Shown here: piece after piece, positions 1 through 13,800 of the stretch
Layout of the letters: each line of letters opens with the position of its first letter
Position numbering within the stretch: the stretch's first letter is position 1
Assembly (NCBI RefSeq): GCF_000315625.1
Contig: NW_005434654.1
Span: forward strand, 870,523 to 934,522
From: Guillardia theta CCMP2712
Lineage: Eukaryota; Protista; Cryptophyta
Direction: 5' to 3'
DNA: 64,000 nucleotides
Program-made: the position numbers and the translations under genes
Notes under the pieces: model-generated
What the model was told of the DNA's origin: nothing
What the model saw: only the letters and a program-made list of their open reading frames with translations
The model's database searches: none

Positions 1-2512
1 GATCTCTCTTACATCAACATGGTTGCTCTGGCGTACATCACTACCTCAGCAGGAGCAGAACTTCACATACCAGAGCTGAAGCCACTGATCAAGGCCTTGC
101 TTGCACAGACGACCGCAATTGCAATTATTACCTTTGCTCTGGAAACTGTCGTCGTTGGCCTTCTTTCGAGCACATCTCTCCTCTCATGGATAAATCCCTT
201 TCCTTCACAGTGCAGATGGGCGGTTGCTACTATCATGGCTTCTATCTGCATAGCTAGAAGTCCAGCGACAGCCATTGCGCTTGTCAAGGAAATGCGATGC
301 AAAGGCAAAATGACTTCCACCATGTTAGGCATCACCGTGCTATCTGATCTGTTCGTCTTGATCAGTATTTCCATAACAACTTCATTCGGCATGTCTTCTT
401 GCAAGGGTCTGCCGTTCCAAGGCGCATCTTTGGGCATTGTGATTGCGATGATCATCGTCTCGATCTTGATCGGAGTAGTGATTGGCTTTGTCTTCATGGG
501 CCTCATGATGTTCAGCAGATTTGAAATGAATGCCTTGATCTTTCCTCTCGGATTCCTCGTATTTCTTGGGAGCAGCGTGTTCACAACTGAGGTCTCGAAG
601 CGGGTGCCGGAGGATAAGCAGATGCATCTTGAACCCCTCTTGATGTGCATTGTTGGAGGGTTCATTTGTGTCAACTTCAGCTCCTTTCACCATCGCTTCT
701 GCGATGCTCTACAAGTGGCGGCCCCCTACATCTTTGTTCCCTTCTTCACTTTGGTTGGAGCAAGTCTTGACCTCAAGACCTTCGCAGCTTCTATAGGGTT
801 TGCACTCATCGTCGCGCTCGTGCGAGCCATATGCATCTTCACCGCAACCTCTTCCACAGGCTGGCTGGTGGGGCAAGAGAAAGCAACGAACCTCACGATC
901 TGGATGACGCTGATATCCCAAGCCGGATTCTCCCTTGGTCTTGCATCAGAGATTGCTCACAAGTTCGAAGATTGGGGCAGAAAATTTCAGGCTGTAATCA
1001 TTTCTATCGTTGTCATCAATCAGATGACTGGGCCTGTGCTCTGCAAACTTGCACTGCGATGGTCGGGAGAAGCAGGACGAGCGACTGGAAACGAAGCTCA
1101 CGAAGAAGCTGAAGCGGATCCTCATGCTGTACACAGAGCTGACAAGTTCAAGGCCTTGATCCTTGGCTGTACGTCTTCGTCCAAGGCTGTATCCATGAAT
1201 TTGCTGCGTGAACGATGGGGTGTTGTTATGTTGACATCCAATCAATGTGAAGCTGAAGATGTCAGCAAAGTGATCAGCGAATGGGCGGTAAGATGTTCAT
1301 CGTGTCATTGCAAGCTGAGCTCACAAGTGTGTTTTTTGTGCAGGAGGAGACGAGGACCGAAGAAATCAATCAAGCGCTTCAGAGTGGTCTTGATCCACCT
1401 GTGTTCCCAGCTGTGCCCATGGAAGAGTCCTTCAAGGCTCTGCCAGTCACAAAGGATAACAACACCACACCCTTCCAGCGAAGCAACTCGCTTGACAACC
1501 TCGTCAACTCGAACCTCTCTGCCGATGAAGTGATCGCGGAGAACGGCGAGGAGAGTTTCGACCAGGCAAGAGTCACCCCGCGCAAGTCGAAGGAGCTACA
1601 GATGGATCCTCTTGTCCCGCAGAGCCCGAAGATGCCTGAGGGAGACGGTTTCAATCGCGCCCAGTCCTACATCAGCCATCAACTCGAAGTCGAACTTCAG
1701 AACCTCCCGACATGCGAGGAGAAGCCGCTTGCTCTCAGCGGTCCCGACTACCTCGAGAAGTGCAAGGACTTGTTCGCTGTGATGGACAACATGGACGGAC
1801 TTCGAGTCATCATCTTGGCACTCTTGGACGACCTGCAGGCCTTGGCTCTGCTGGAGTCCATCCAGGAGCATCTGTCCTCCAGATCTGAGTATCAGAACAT
1901 CCGTTACATCGTCTTGATGAAGGAAATAAGGTGGGCAGAGGCCTTCACCATGTTGGACGCGGTAGCCTTGCACGAGTTTGTCAGTTCGACAAAGGTAGCG
2001 GTGGTGGCGTCGGTGACCTCGGACAACAACCCCTTCACCATCGCCCCAGCCTGTAGCGGTGCAGGAGCTGTCAGCGACGCGTTCTTGGAGTTCTTTGATG
2101 GCCCGATGATCTCCAAGTGCTCTCCCACCAGCTTTCCGTGAGTTTCTTGTTAACGACCTTCACTTGGGTTTCGCATGACCGAACTTGTTGCAGGGCGAGC
2201 CACGACTGGACGAGCGGAGTCGATCGGATCAACCTCAAGCTCATGACCATGCTGCGAGAGAGGATGCAAGTCAGGAAGACGAGGGCATCGGGCGGTCGGA
2301 TGCTCCGAGCCATCGAGGACTTCATTACCAGAAATCTTCCAACACCAGCAGCGACTCCCATGCTGAGGCCCATCAATGCCGTCAGAACGCTGACGTCGAC
2401 GCCTCCAGCCACTCCAAGCCTGAGGACAAGAGCTGCTCACATCAATTCCTTGCCTCCGCTGCAGGACCTCGAATCCACGGTCGTGACTCCGGGGGGTGAA
2501 GACAGAGTTTGA
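1..2512 (+). CDS. Cation/H+ antiporter (CPA2/Kef-like) with a degenerate RCK/TrkA-N-like C-terminal region; probably 5'-partial; introns 1288-1343 and 2138-2193
   Basis: ~10 hydrophobic helices with exchanger-type motifs (ARSPATAIALVKE, ITVLSDLF, FFTLVGASLD, SQAGFSLGLA, INQMTGP). GT..AG introns join ORFs 19, 1281 and 2117 in frame. Confidence 0.8.
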
Positions 2513-3177
2513 GAGCCGGTCACCTTCACTTGGTTCTGTTGCAGTTTTGAGACAAACTTGGCCGGAGAGGACCAGAAGGTTTATGCCTTCAAGCTCATGT
2601 GTAAATTCCACATATCAAGCGTCAGCAGACTCTACAGTTTTACCGAGCCCTCCAAGGCCCTAGCCTTCATGGTTTTGGAATCAAGTTTTCCGAGTTCGAA
2701 GGATGCAGCTCAACTTGATCATCTGAGCTAAACCAGACTCCTGCCACAGATCCTTATTGATCGCATTTAAGTTAGATTTTACTTTCCTTTTGTCATGAAA
2801 CGAGTGTCACCCAGGGAGGCTCTCCTGTCTGGCCGGGCCGAGCGACTCTGCCGCAGTGCGGCTCCGGGCCGCCGGGCCGGCCCGGCCCGGCCCGGCAGTT
2901 TCCTATTATCCCAGTCGTCCGCACGCCTTTTCAAATTCTGCTGCTCATGAAAGAAATGGGAAGCGATAGGACGGGGGACTGGGGGGAGGCAACACAGGAG
3001 AAAGACTGAAAATGATGAATGGTCAGGGTACAACCAATGACAGTCTCGTATAGTAGGAACAGGATAACATTGGATTGAATTCGAGCTTGAGATTCGAGAG
3101 TAACGAGCAGCATGCAGAAAAATCTTGAGAATGTCCTGACTTTTCACTGTGTTTTGTGGCAGGAAATTCTTCAGGAG

Positions 3178-4248
3178 ATGGACTTCGAACTAGTGACAGC
3201 TGAAGAAGCTGCATTGTTAGATATGACAGGTTCGTCACATCAGGGAGGAAATCTACCCCTGGCTGACTCGTTACGTAGAGAACATCTGTATGCAAAAAGC
3301 TCAAATCAAGAGCTCAGTTGCTGTCTTCCGGCATACCTCAAACAAAGTTCACCGCAACGATCCTTACGTTAAAGACGGCAACATAAAAACATGCCAGCAA
3401 CCTAGCTCAGTAGAGATGCAAAGCAGAAAACTTACTGAAGGTAACATTTGTCCTACAAACGCCCCGCCTTCTAAAAAACCTAATGACAATTCCTCAGCCT
3501 CGTCCGATGTCCAATATTTGAACGTGGTAAGCATGTGGATGTGACAATCTGCTATTTCAATGATGGCTTCTCATTTGAAATCCAGTCGTGTGTTCCTTCG
3601 TCCCATTTGAACTCGAATGCTCATGATATGAACCTTGTCGGAAAGCAACATCAACCGGCTATGGCAGGTAATTCAGTTCTTGCACAGGAGGATATTTTGT
3701 GAAGGGAAAACACAGTGTTAGACGATGCAAGAAACTTTAACAACAGTACTTCGTCCATCCTACCTCTATCGACGGCATCAGAGAGATCGCAGTACCAGAA
3801 GACCATCAATGAGATTTTGGAGAGATCGGACGTAGAGTTCGTGGGGGGGAAACGAATCGTGAAGCGAAGTGGCTGGAGAAAACTTGCCTTTGCTTTCAAT
3901 GTGAGCTTTGAGATGAGGTGTGTGTTGATTTTCTTTTATCTTATTGCTCTTTTGAAAGCAGTTGACGTAGCTGCAGGTCTGAAGACATCGAACGTGACAG
4001 GGAAGGTGTGATAGAGGTTCAAGTGCGAGTGAACGATATGACGTCACATGGCAGGCAATGTCACATACGCCAAGTTCGTTCATCGAGCAATCTTACCCAA
4101 CGGAAGATTCGCTGACGCATGGGGTGCCTGCGATGCAAGGGAGAAGCGTTTCATGAAGCCAAATCATGACGTGCCAGCAACGGCTGAGACACGCGCAAAG
4201 AACCGGGCATGTGCTGATCTTTTCGGGATCGGAGAGTCGAAGCGCTGA
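3178..4248 (+). CDS. Multi-exon uncharacterised protein with a conserved-looking C-terminal domain, putative Rad52/SSAP-like fold
   Basis: Spliced C-terminus reads KRIVKRSGWRKLAFAFNVSFE...HRAILPNGRFADAWGACDAREKRFMKPNHDVPATAETRAKNRACADLFGIGE. Start (MDFELVTAEEAALLD) and middle exons are approximate. Confidence 0.6.
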
Positions 4249-4311
4249 GACACAAGATAGAGGGAGGAGTGACTTCTTCGTTCTGCAGCTTTCAAACATG
4301 ATATGGTACAT

Positions 4312-5726
4312 TCAAACAGCACTTAATTCTGCTACTACTTCCGGGAAAGTTCCTTCTAAGTTGTTGCCATGTAAATCCATGCTCTTCAATCCCTGGACAT
4401 CCAACAGAGTCTCAACGCGAGATGCTGGTAGAGCAAATTCACATCTCACCGGCATCGCTGCACTCTGCTTGATCTGAAACTGGGCAAAGGACGCCGGGAT
4501 GGTCCCGGTGAGGTTGTTGTAGGAGAGGAAGAGCATCTCCAGCCTAGACACACACATCAGCGGAAGAAGCTGTGATAATGTCTCTAACACCTCGGAGCAT
4601 TTACAAGCTCCCCGGGAATCGACCCATTCAAACGATTGTCGGAGAGAAAAAGCTGCCGCAAATGTCAGGACAAGCTCTTCATCCAAATCACTTGTCGGAC
4701 GTTCTGTAAGAGGGGAAGGCTCCCGAACGAACTTGGGATGCCGCCAGTCAATCGATTCGAGCGAAGGTCCCTTGAGCAGCAGGTCACATGGAGGTGGAGA
4801 ACTAGAGGCTCTCTGCCATGGTAGCAAACACTTACACTGAAGTGAGGTTTTGCATCTGACCAATGCACGATGGGATCACGCCATTCAGCTTGTTCAGAGC
4901 AAGGTTCCTAAGACTGAACATCATCGAACGAACCCGCGAGTCATCAAGAACATACAAGTTCTGAAGCTCGGACAAGGCACAAAGAGAAGGGGGAAGCTCT
5001 CCTTGTAGAGCATTCCTGGTCATGTACCTGAAGCCCTTTAGATAAAGAAGATTTTCCGAGCAACTTACAGTGACTTTAAACTGGTGAGGTTTCCAAGGTT
5101 CCACGGCAAACTTCCGTTGAGTCCCAGGTCTGCCAGGAGCAGTGAAGTGACCTGTTATTGATCAAAGCACATGAGATACGTTCCAGGAGCAAGAGAGAGA
5201 TCAGGAAAAGTGATGGTGATGGTGATGATGATGACAACGACGACGACGACGATTGGGAGGAGGAGGAGGAGGAGGAAGTGATGGAGGAGGAGGGCAATAA
5301 GTGGACTAGGGCGACGTGAATACGTGCGAGGGCGAAGAAGAAAACGAGGAGGCACCTTTCTATTGCTCCCTAACAACGTGCCAGAGCACGTTACCCCCTT
5401 GAAATAGTCGGAGTCGTCGCATGGATCCATGTTCAGTTCCCATCCCTGTGACGCTAACGTAAGATACACGCCAGAGTGACAGCATCGACTGACTTGCGTC
5501 CAAGCAAAGCTCTGCCGCCATTGACTCCCAATCGTCAGATTGTATAAGGCTACCAAGACCTCCTCTGCATTGAATATAAGGGAGAACGAGTAAAAGTTCA
5601 TTTCTCACTGTCTGTCGGCGCAATGGGAGCATAGCACAACGGCAAGAAGAGCAAGAGAATAACAGCATTGAGGTACACCAAGAAGATGAGACCAGAACTG
5701 TTGGAGCGCTGCATGGCCGTCGTCAT
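4312..5726 (-). CDS. Secreted leucine-rich repeat protein (plant-type LRR with LRRNT cap), multi-exon
   Basis: Hydrophobic leader (LIFLVYLNAVILLLFLPLC). LRRNT-like LVALYNLT..W...DPC..FKGVTC. LRRs such as LRSNRLTGGIPSSFGSL, LSYNNLTGTIPASFAQ and LHGNNLEGTFP. Confidence 0.85.
5206..5293. repeat. Compound trinucleotide microsatellite (GAT/GAC/GAG) in an LRR-gene intron
   Basis: Seen directly in the sequence. Confidence 0.8.
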
Positions 5727-6362
5727 AACCGAATCCTCATCCGCCCGCCGCCATGCCGTACAACGCAAGGTGTACGGGTCCGCCTCGTAGTGAATCACAT
5801 TCGCTCTAAAGTTTCAAATTTCATAATAATATTTGAAAAATTGGCTTGAAGACCTTTGCTGGCCGGCGGGGGATGAGGGACCTGACTGCCACATAAACGT
5901 AAGCACGAAAGATGAAATTTCGTGAGGGCGAGGATGGAAGGGAGGGAGGGAGGGAGGGAGGGAAGGCAGGAAGAGAGGAGAGGAGAGGAAGGAGTCAGGA
6001 GACGGTGAGGGAAGAGGAGAGGGTGGTTGGGATGGTGGATCCAAGGAGAAGAGGGAAGGAAGAGGGAATGACGACGGTGACAAGGGGATAGAGGGTTGGC
6101 ACGTGAAATTGAGAGCACAGAGACGGGAAGGACCACTCGAATCGATGTAGAGACAGCGGCAGAGAGGGATGGGGAGGGAGGGGGAGGAATGGGTTGTAAA
6201 CTGAGAGTTATGTGAAAGAGAGGTAAGGCCTTCAGTTCAGGACAGTTTTGAAGTAATAGGCGACGGAAAGAAAGCACAGAGAGAATAGAAACCCCATCAC
6301 TGAGTTGAGAGATATTGTATGGTATCGATGTGCTGATGTTGTTTCATGCCAGTACCCCCAGG

Positions 6363-7778
6363 ATGGTAGCAGAAGCGATGGCAGGATTGGCGTGGGGTGC
6401 GACGTTCAAGTAAGCGATTGTTCCACGACTTGGCATATTCTGAGTTTGATCAGATTCTGGGACGCGAGTACTTGGTCCATGCCAGAGGTTTTTAGCAGGA
6501 ATCTGTGAATGCAACATGCCGCCTCACTCGTTTCTACCAGTATGCCTTGTGGTCTGTGGTGATCCTGTTGGGGCTGGAGCTGATGAGCTACCTGGTGAAT
6601 GAGATTCCTCAGAGGTTTTTCAACCCATCCGCCATCCCCATCAGGTCTGAAACCCTCGACCTCACTGAAGGGCTGTGATGGAGAAGCGCAGAGGGAAGCA
6701 CCTGGACGTGCTATCATGGAAGGATATCAGTTTCATCACGTGGAACAAGTTCACCACCACGTGAGTCTCGTTTCTCTTGCAGTCGCAAATGACCCTCCTT
6801 AGGTTGTTCACCTATCACGCCCTTCGTTTCTGCTGGCTTAGCCCGCGGATCGCTTGGGTGTCTGCACGATTGGCTGATCGACTTTCAGGCCACTGACAAC
6901 GCTGATGCAGGGCTGGTCTGAGATGACAATTTTGAATACAGTCATCGCTTTCTTCTCATTGTTTGGTGACTTTTATCCTTCACCTGACTTGTACATCTCA
7001 AGTGCTTGTGGGCAGTGGTTTACGATTTCTTCTACTGTATCTGGCACAGAATATTACACGTCAGGGGGCTGTACAAGTACGAAAAGATATCATGTCAAAT
7101 GAAGAACTGAGTTTATCTGCAGATTCATTCACAAGCACCATCACCATCAGGTCTGTCTTCACGTCTTTCCTCTTCCCCCCTGATGCCTTGCCTGGGTTAG
7201 GCTGCGCCATCCCGAGGGAACGCAGGTGGATGAAAGCAATGGCGGAAAGGCTCCTGCTGACTTGCGGCAGATGCCGTGAATGTTCATCCGATTGAATTCA
7301 TCGTGGGGGAATACTGCCACCTCCTCGCCATCTTCATCATCCCGTAAGGCTGGTGTTGAGAGAATTGAGTCTCTCACATCTCAACAGATGCCATGCTGTT
7401 GTTGCTGCTGTCTTCGTCGTCCTGGGAGGGATTCTGGCATCTCTCAATCATACGGTATCTTCTCTTCCTATTCTTTGCGCTCCTTTCCTCTACTCTCCTC
7501 TCCTTTACTCTACTCTACTCTGCTCTACTCTACTCTACTCTACTCTACTTTCGTGTTGATCCTGCTCGTGGTAGCGTTACGATATAGCGGTACCGCTGCT
7601 GTTCGATACGAAAGCTCACGACCAGCACCATGTTATCCCGACAGTCAATTACGGACAGTGAGCTTGAGATTGCATGTAATGAGTGTGTTGAACGCAAAGC
7701 AGGTACACGATGCTGTGGGATCGAGTGTTTGGAACTTACGTTCCTCATCCTCTGTCGTCACGTCCTAAGGCAGAATGA
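6363..7778 (+). CDS. Fatty acid hydroxylase / sterol desaturase superfamily protein, >10 short exons, absent from the ORF track
   Basis: Spliced product has the His boxes YDFFYCIWHRILH, FIHKHHH, VHPIEF, LNHT and AHDQHH..NYGQYTMLWDRVFGTY. Stop TGA at 7776-7778. Confidence 0.85.
7490..7548. repeat. (CTACT)n pentanucleotide microsatellite in an intron
   Basis: Seen directly in the sequence. Confidence 0.85.
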
Positions 7779-7855
7779 GATTGGTTCACACCTTTGCCCA
7801 GCTGCTTTCTCTATGTTCAACTGTATTAAGTGTAAAGTGAAAGAAGACACAAACG

Positions 7856-10800
7856 TTAGTGGTCATGGTCTGCCAAGGACTTCATCAGCCGTGCTGTCAT
7901 CTTCTTAGTCTTGCTGTACGCGTCCTGCACTGACAGTTACCTCTCCTGCTTCCTCCCTCCCTCCCTCCGCTCACCATCGCCCCGAGAAGCCGCACGTCTC
8001 CTTCCTCCACAAGTTTCCTGCACTTTGCTACCTCATCTTCGCCAAGGACGTCCTGTTGAGGCGCGTCAACTTTGACAAACACGTCGCTGACTTACCTTGA
8101 AGTCTTGGAAAGTATCCGCATCCTCCGCTCCCTTGTGCTTGACAGGCGTCAGATCCTGCTCTGCCTGCAAGACATCCGCAGGCTGCACGAGCTCGCGAGC
8201 TCCGTGTCTTCTGTTAAGGGCAAATCGCCCGATCATGCAGAGAAGCTGTATCCCTACGGCAGCGACGGCGCACAGGATGGGAGCGAAGGTAAGCCAGTAC
8301 TGGAGCGTCGTGTTGTCTGCGACACGGTGAGCTGCGGCAAGCGACCTGGGAGCTTCTCACCTGGAGGTGTGAAGCTTGCTTTGATGTTAACTTTCGTGTT
8401 CCCAGACCCGACCAGCCTCCTGGAGTTCTGCACGGACAGAGTCTGCGGGCTCAAGGATCGTCTGGCGGAGGCTCCGGCAGCCTGCAGCTGTTTGTTGGTC
8501 AGCGGCAAGAGTTCTGAGAGGCTCAAAACCTGCTCGTAGCACGCGTTCGCTCGAGCTTGTCCAGGATCCATTTGCAGCGATCCGAGCCCCGAGGTGTCGA
8601 AGAAGCACTGGACGTAGGTAGAGTTGTGCTTGACCTGAGCAGCCGTCACCATCGAGCTGGAGGCAAGGAAGACGCACCTCAGGAACGAAGGAGCCCTCGT
8701 TGAAGGGGAAGTAGACGATCTGATATAAGCCGTAGTACGGGAGACCGGTAGCCGGGTTAGTGGAGGAACCAGATGGTCCGACGGCGTAGCTGATGGTGAT
8801 ACCAACGTTTGTGTCCTGATTCCCTCCCAAGCACGGCAAGGTTGCGTCGTTGCCGACAGTCTGGCACAGCTCGAAGACGATGTCTTCCGAGCCGCTGGGA
8901 TAGGCTGTGGGGTCTACTCGTAGGAAGTTGCCGTACTTGTCTCTGGTTTGCACGTACAAGGTTGAAGTCGCACCGGCAACGACGTTGAGGAGATCTCCGT
9001 ACACGTAGGTCAGCGCGATCTCAGCTGGAGCGCTGGCGATCTCGAGCATGAAAGGAGATCCAGCTCCGCTCACCCCGGCGAAGGAGATGGAGACCATGTA
9101 GCTTCCTGATTGCGTCAAGCGGTAGGTCGTGCCGTAGCTGCCGTCAGCGTTGTCGACGACGTTTCCTGTGTTGGGGGAGGCCGAGGGGTTGAGAGGAGCT
9201 TGAGAGACTACATTCCACAGCGTCAGCAGCACGGAGACGGAGTCTCCACCGGGCCTTCGGTTGAGAAACTCGTCTCGAGCAGTGATGATGAAGCTTGACG
9301 ACGTTCCTGCCGTCGAGATGGTGAGGAAGGTTCCCCGCGCCACAGAAGAGGACGGGGAGGTGACTGCCGGGGACACCACGAGGGTGTATGGGTTTGGATT
9401 CGTCTGGCTTGCGCTCGCATCGCCAGCAATGAGGTCCTGGTACTCCTGCCCCCCATTGCCGACGTAGATGGAGATGGTGTAGGTTCCGGCCTTGACGGGC
9501 GAGTATGCGGACTGATAGCTTCCCGAGCCAAGGGAGATGGTGGACGGGGACATGCTGGGGAGGTTGGTCCCTGTGACGTCGATCCTGAATCTAGCTCCAT
9601 CTGCGCTTCTACCGAAGACGTCCTGCAACAAGACCATCGCAGGTCACTAGCACGCGCTGACCTCCGGCAGGTCTCACCCGACACGACAGCGAGAAGAAGG
9701 ATTTCGATCCTGCAACCGCAGCCGTGAGGCCATCGCCACTGGCGCGGCAGCTCTTGTAGAAAGGCGTCTTGGTCTGGAACACGAAGAGGTCGCTGCTGTC
9801 CTTGGGCACGTCATCGACCACTTGTGTCCCTCCCTGCCCACCACAGGCGTCAGCACACTTGCAGCTTGAGAGTCACTCGGCTCACGAAGATGTAGATGTA
9901 GAGGTTGATGCTGTCGAGCTTGATGCTAGACGCGATGCTGCCTGAAGGCTTGCTGCCCGGAACATCCACCTGAGAACCTTTCAGCATGCCGAGCGACAGG
10001 AGCAGGTCAGCGTACCAGCACCCATGTCAGGCTCGTCGTGCACTTGCCTTGTTGGACGCAGGTAGAGTCGAGGTTGGTAAGGTTGAGATACCTGGGCGAG
10101 CTTGGAGGTCAGAGAACCCTCGAGGTGCGGAGTCGCTGCGATCAGGTACCATAAGTCGTTGAACGCCGTCGCGTAGGTGGGGAAGTTTCCGTTCATCAGG
10201 TCGTACATGCCTGAGCCGACGCATCCTTTGGCGTTGCCGCATCCGAACCCTCCATACACCAGCAGAACCCCGTTGCTGCTCGCTGAGTTGGACATGGTGG
10301 TAACGGCAGCATCCCTCCTCGCCTGGGGGCAGGCGCCTCCAGTGTGGCATGAGGTGTAGAGCTTGGCAAAGGTCGCCTGCTTGGAAGAGAAGAAAGTCGT
10401 GTGGACGTCGGAGCTGAGGTCCCATGTCGCGGTTCTGTTGGCGAGGTCGGTGGACTCTCCGCCGAACATCATCAGGAGGAGGAACTGGGCAACATGGTCT
10501 GAGCCAGGGCCGCGAGAGCTCAAGGGGACTCACCTTTCCCTGCAGGTTCACAGACACGGTCGAGTGTCCATGCAGCGGCCCTGGCAGTGAGCAGCTGGAG
10601 GTGCCCGCAGTACAGCCAGTGGGGTTGGAGGAGCCATAGCAGTAGGTGACTGACGAGGGCGGGGAGGTGAAGTTCTGACAGATGCCTCTCATGCACGCGC
10701 CTGCACACAGATGAACCAGTCAAGTCAAGGACAAGAGGGCGCGAGCGAGGGCGCTTACCTGACTTGCAGGAGCTCAGCTGGGAAAACTGTGCTGCTCCTC

Positions 10801-13800
10801 CAATCATGTAGTACTGCCCCAGATAGCTTGTCTTGGACCAGGTGGAGGTCTGCAGGAAAGAGTTGTTTGTGGCGTACGACCGCGTCATGTAAGTCTGCAG
10901 ACTGTTTTGCCAGGAGGATGAGTCACTCAGACGTGTCATGATCTGGCGGAAGAGATCGCTTCCGGTGACGAAGGTGATGTTCAACCTGCTGTTAGAGAGG
11001 ACCTGTGCGTTCAAGTTGTAGATGTAGCTCATGGACGTGGTTGCTACTGGTGGGTACTGCGGAGAAGGGAAGAAGTTGCTGGAGACGAAGCCGTAGAAGG
11101 TGCTGGAGTCGAAGGACGAGGTGACACCATTGAGGATCAGCGAGATCGTGTATCCGTTGTCAATCTTCGCAGTGTCGAGGTACCAGAAGTCTCCCAGCGC
11201 TTGTCCGTTCACGTCCACCCCTCCATAGATCAGCCCGGCCTGACTTCCGGATATGAACGCATCGTTGATGATGGTGTGCAGGCAGCGCGCAGGGATGACG
11301 CTGTAAGCGCCGCTAGTTTGAAAGATGAGCTTGAACTGAGAGAGCTGATTGTTGTTGAAGACCAAGATAGCTGACGTCGAGGTGACCTGGTTGCTGGAGT
11401 CAGCGACGGCCCCTCGAGCTGCGAACGTCAGGCCTGGTTTGAAGTTGTTCAAGATGCCGCCATGGGACACGAGGACAGTAGCAGTCTGATTGGCCTGGAA
11501 GGTGGTGAAAGCGAAGTAGGTCTTGACCTCGCTCTTCAAGCTCTGGTCCACGTTGGTCCACGACCGGCTGAAGAGGTCAAACTTCCAGAGGTCGTTGAGT
11601 CCCTTCTGATTCTGAGTGCCGCCCATCATGACCAGGGTGTACTCGTTGAGGCTTGCCAGACCCGCGTAGCTTCGCGAGGGAGGGCCTTCGGCAAGGACAG
11701 GAAGGTTGGAGAGAGCCTGCGACAGGCTCGAGGAAGAGACATCTACAGTGTAGATACTGTTGCTGAGAGAGTTTTGCACGAAGCCTCCGAACAGAATCGC
11801 ATGCGTGGAGTTGGACACTTGCGAGAAGAAGCTGTGCACTGCACCGCTCATGGTATACGCCACGCGTTTCCCCACCAGGTACTCCAAGGCGTCAATGGTC
11901 ATCGGATCAGAGATGGACGTCGTCAAGGAGTAGTTGCCGATCAGGGCAAGCGGCAGGAACTGCGAAGACAAGCCCCCGATGGTGTAGGCTTGATAGCCGG
12001 ACGCCAAGCTGGCGTACATTGACAAGCCGACTCTGCCCTGTCCGGACGGGTTGATCTCGAGGAGGGTGAAGGGGCTGAAGCCTTTGAGCGCCTTCTGCAG
12101 GTCGAGCATCCAGAGGTCGTTGAGGGGGCTCGTCAAAGCGACGCACACTTGACTGGCGCCTGATGTCGAGTAGGTCGCGCACCCGATGCCTCCGTATATC
12201 AAGAGTTTGCTCTTGGAGACGGCAGCGGTGGCATGCCCGAAGCGAGCTGGGATCCAGCTCAGATCGAACACCGTCGGCGAGCAAGTCGCGGAGCCTCCTG
12301 GACAGATCTGAAGGAATGGAGCTCTAGACGCGAACTTGGAGCTGTTTGCTTGCGTGTGGGTCAAGTAGCGCTCGAAGTCCGTCAAGGAGCTCATGGCGGG
12401 TCGGGTGGTGGGTAGGATGGAAGGCATCTTGGTAGCGGTGCCGCCTCCCATCACGATGGTCGACGAGCTATGAGCTTGTTGGCTCGTGTAGCAAACCTTC
12501 TCCCCGCATGACTTTCCTGCCCCTCCCATGTCGCAGCACGGAACAACTGTCGTCGGAGCCCAGTAGGAGTAGGAGGAGTTGAGCTTGACTAGTGCACTCG
12601 AGTCAAGGAAGGAGGAGGGAGGGTCGACAGTAGCCCAGCCTTGAAGCGAGTCGTTGTACAGCGAGATGGCTGAGTATCCAGGGAGACAGATCTGCAGCGT
12701 GTCGGATGAGACGCATCCTCCCTGTCGTCTCATGGCGCTCTGATCTAGCTGAAAGGTCACCCACCCTTGCATGCTCGAGCCATGCCAGGAGAACTCCAAG
12801 CTCGTTTGCTCGAGCCCAGAGAACTGCGACGAGCTTGGCAACGAGTTGTACATGCGCCGATCAAACCCATTCGCTGGCCAAGTGAGAGACACTCGGGGGT
12901 TGATGTTGTTTGTGGTTGAGAGGTTTGTGATGTAGAGTGTGTCTGTGGTTGTCGTCTCGTACTGCAGTTGTATCGTGTCTTGCGAGAGGATCCACTCGTT
13001 GGAGGCGAGCAGACCGTTGGAGTTGGAGTAGACGACTTTCTGACTCGCTGGGTTGTACCTGCACATGGCAGCAGACGGGAAGCGAGGAGGTTGAGCGGTA
13101 GCACGGTTCTTGAGCGTGAGAGAGATATTCAAGTACAGCTCTTGGTTGCCATCTTGCTGCATGTCCGTGATGATGTAGAAGGAGATCGTGCCCGTGCTCT
13201 GAGTCCACAACACCTGACCTGCAGTCGAGCTGCCGCCTGTCGCACTTATTCCGTCGCAATTGGACTTACAGGAAGCCTGCGGGTTGTTGACTCCGCTCCA
13301 GCTGCAGTAGGTCGAGGTAGGAGCCTTGCAGCTCACGTTCAACAGCGTATCGTTGCCAGCAGTCTGAGAGCCCACGAGCCCGGTGATGGTCACGTCGGTT
13401 CCTCCAGGCTGATTAACTTTGAAACCGTTCGAGCCTTGGTTGCCCTGGCTGGAGGAGAAGACAAACGACAGGGTGATCTGGTTGTCTGCACCATGGAGTC
13501 TGGTGGTCTCGTCGCCAGTGAATGAGAAGGGATAGTATGGGCTGCAGGATGGAGGACCTTGAGCCTGATTGCTCTGACTGTTCGAGTTGCTATTTGCAGA
13601 CGAGCCTGGATTGCTTCCAGAAGAAGACGAATTTGAAGAGTTCGTTTGAGAGCCATTATGCGGGTTTGGCTGCTCTGCAAGAAGTTCGTAACGTACTTCA
13701 GCTGAAGGGTCCAGACCAAGTGCCTTGAGCGTCCTCGAGCCTGAGCTTTTGACCCCCTCTCGCTTGCGCCCATCCATCACCTCTCGTACAAACGACTCAA

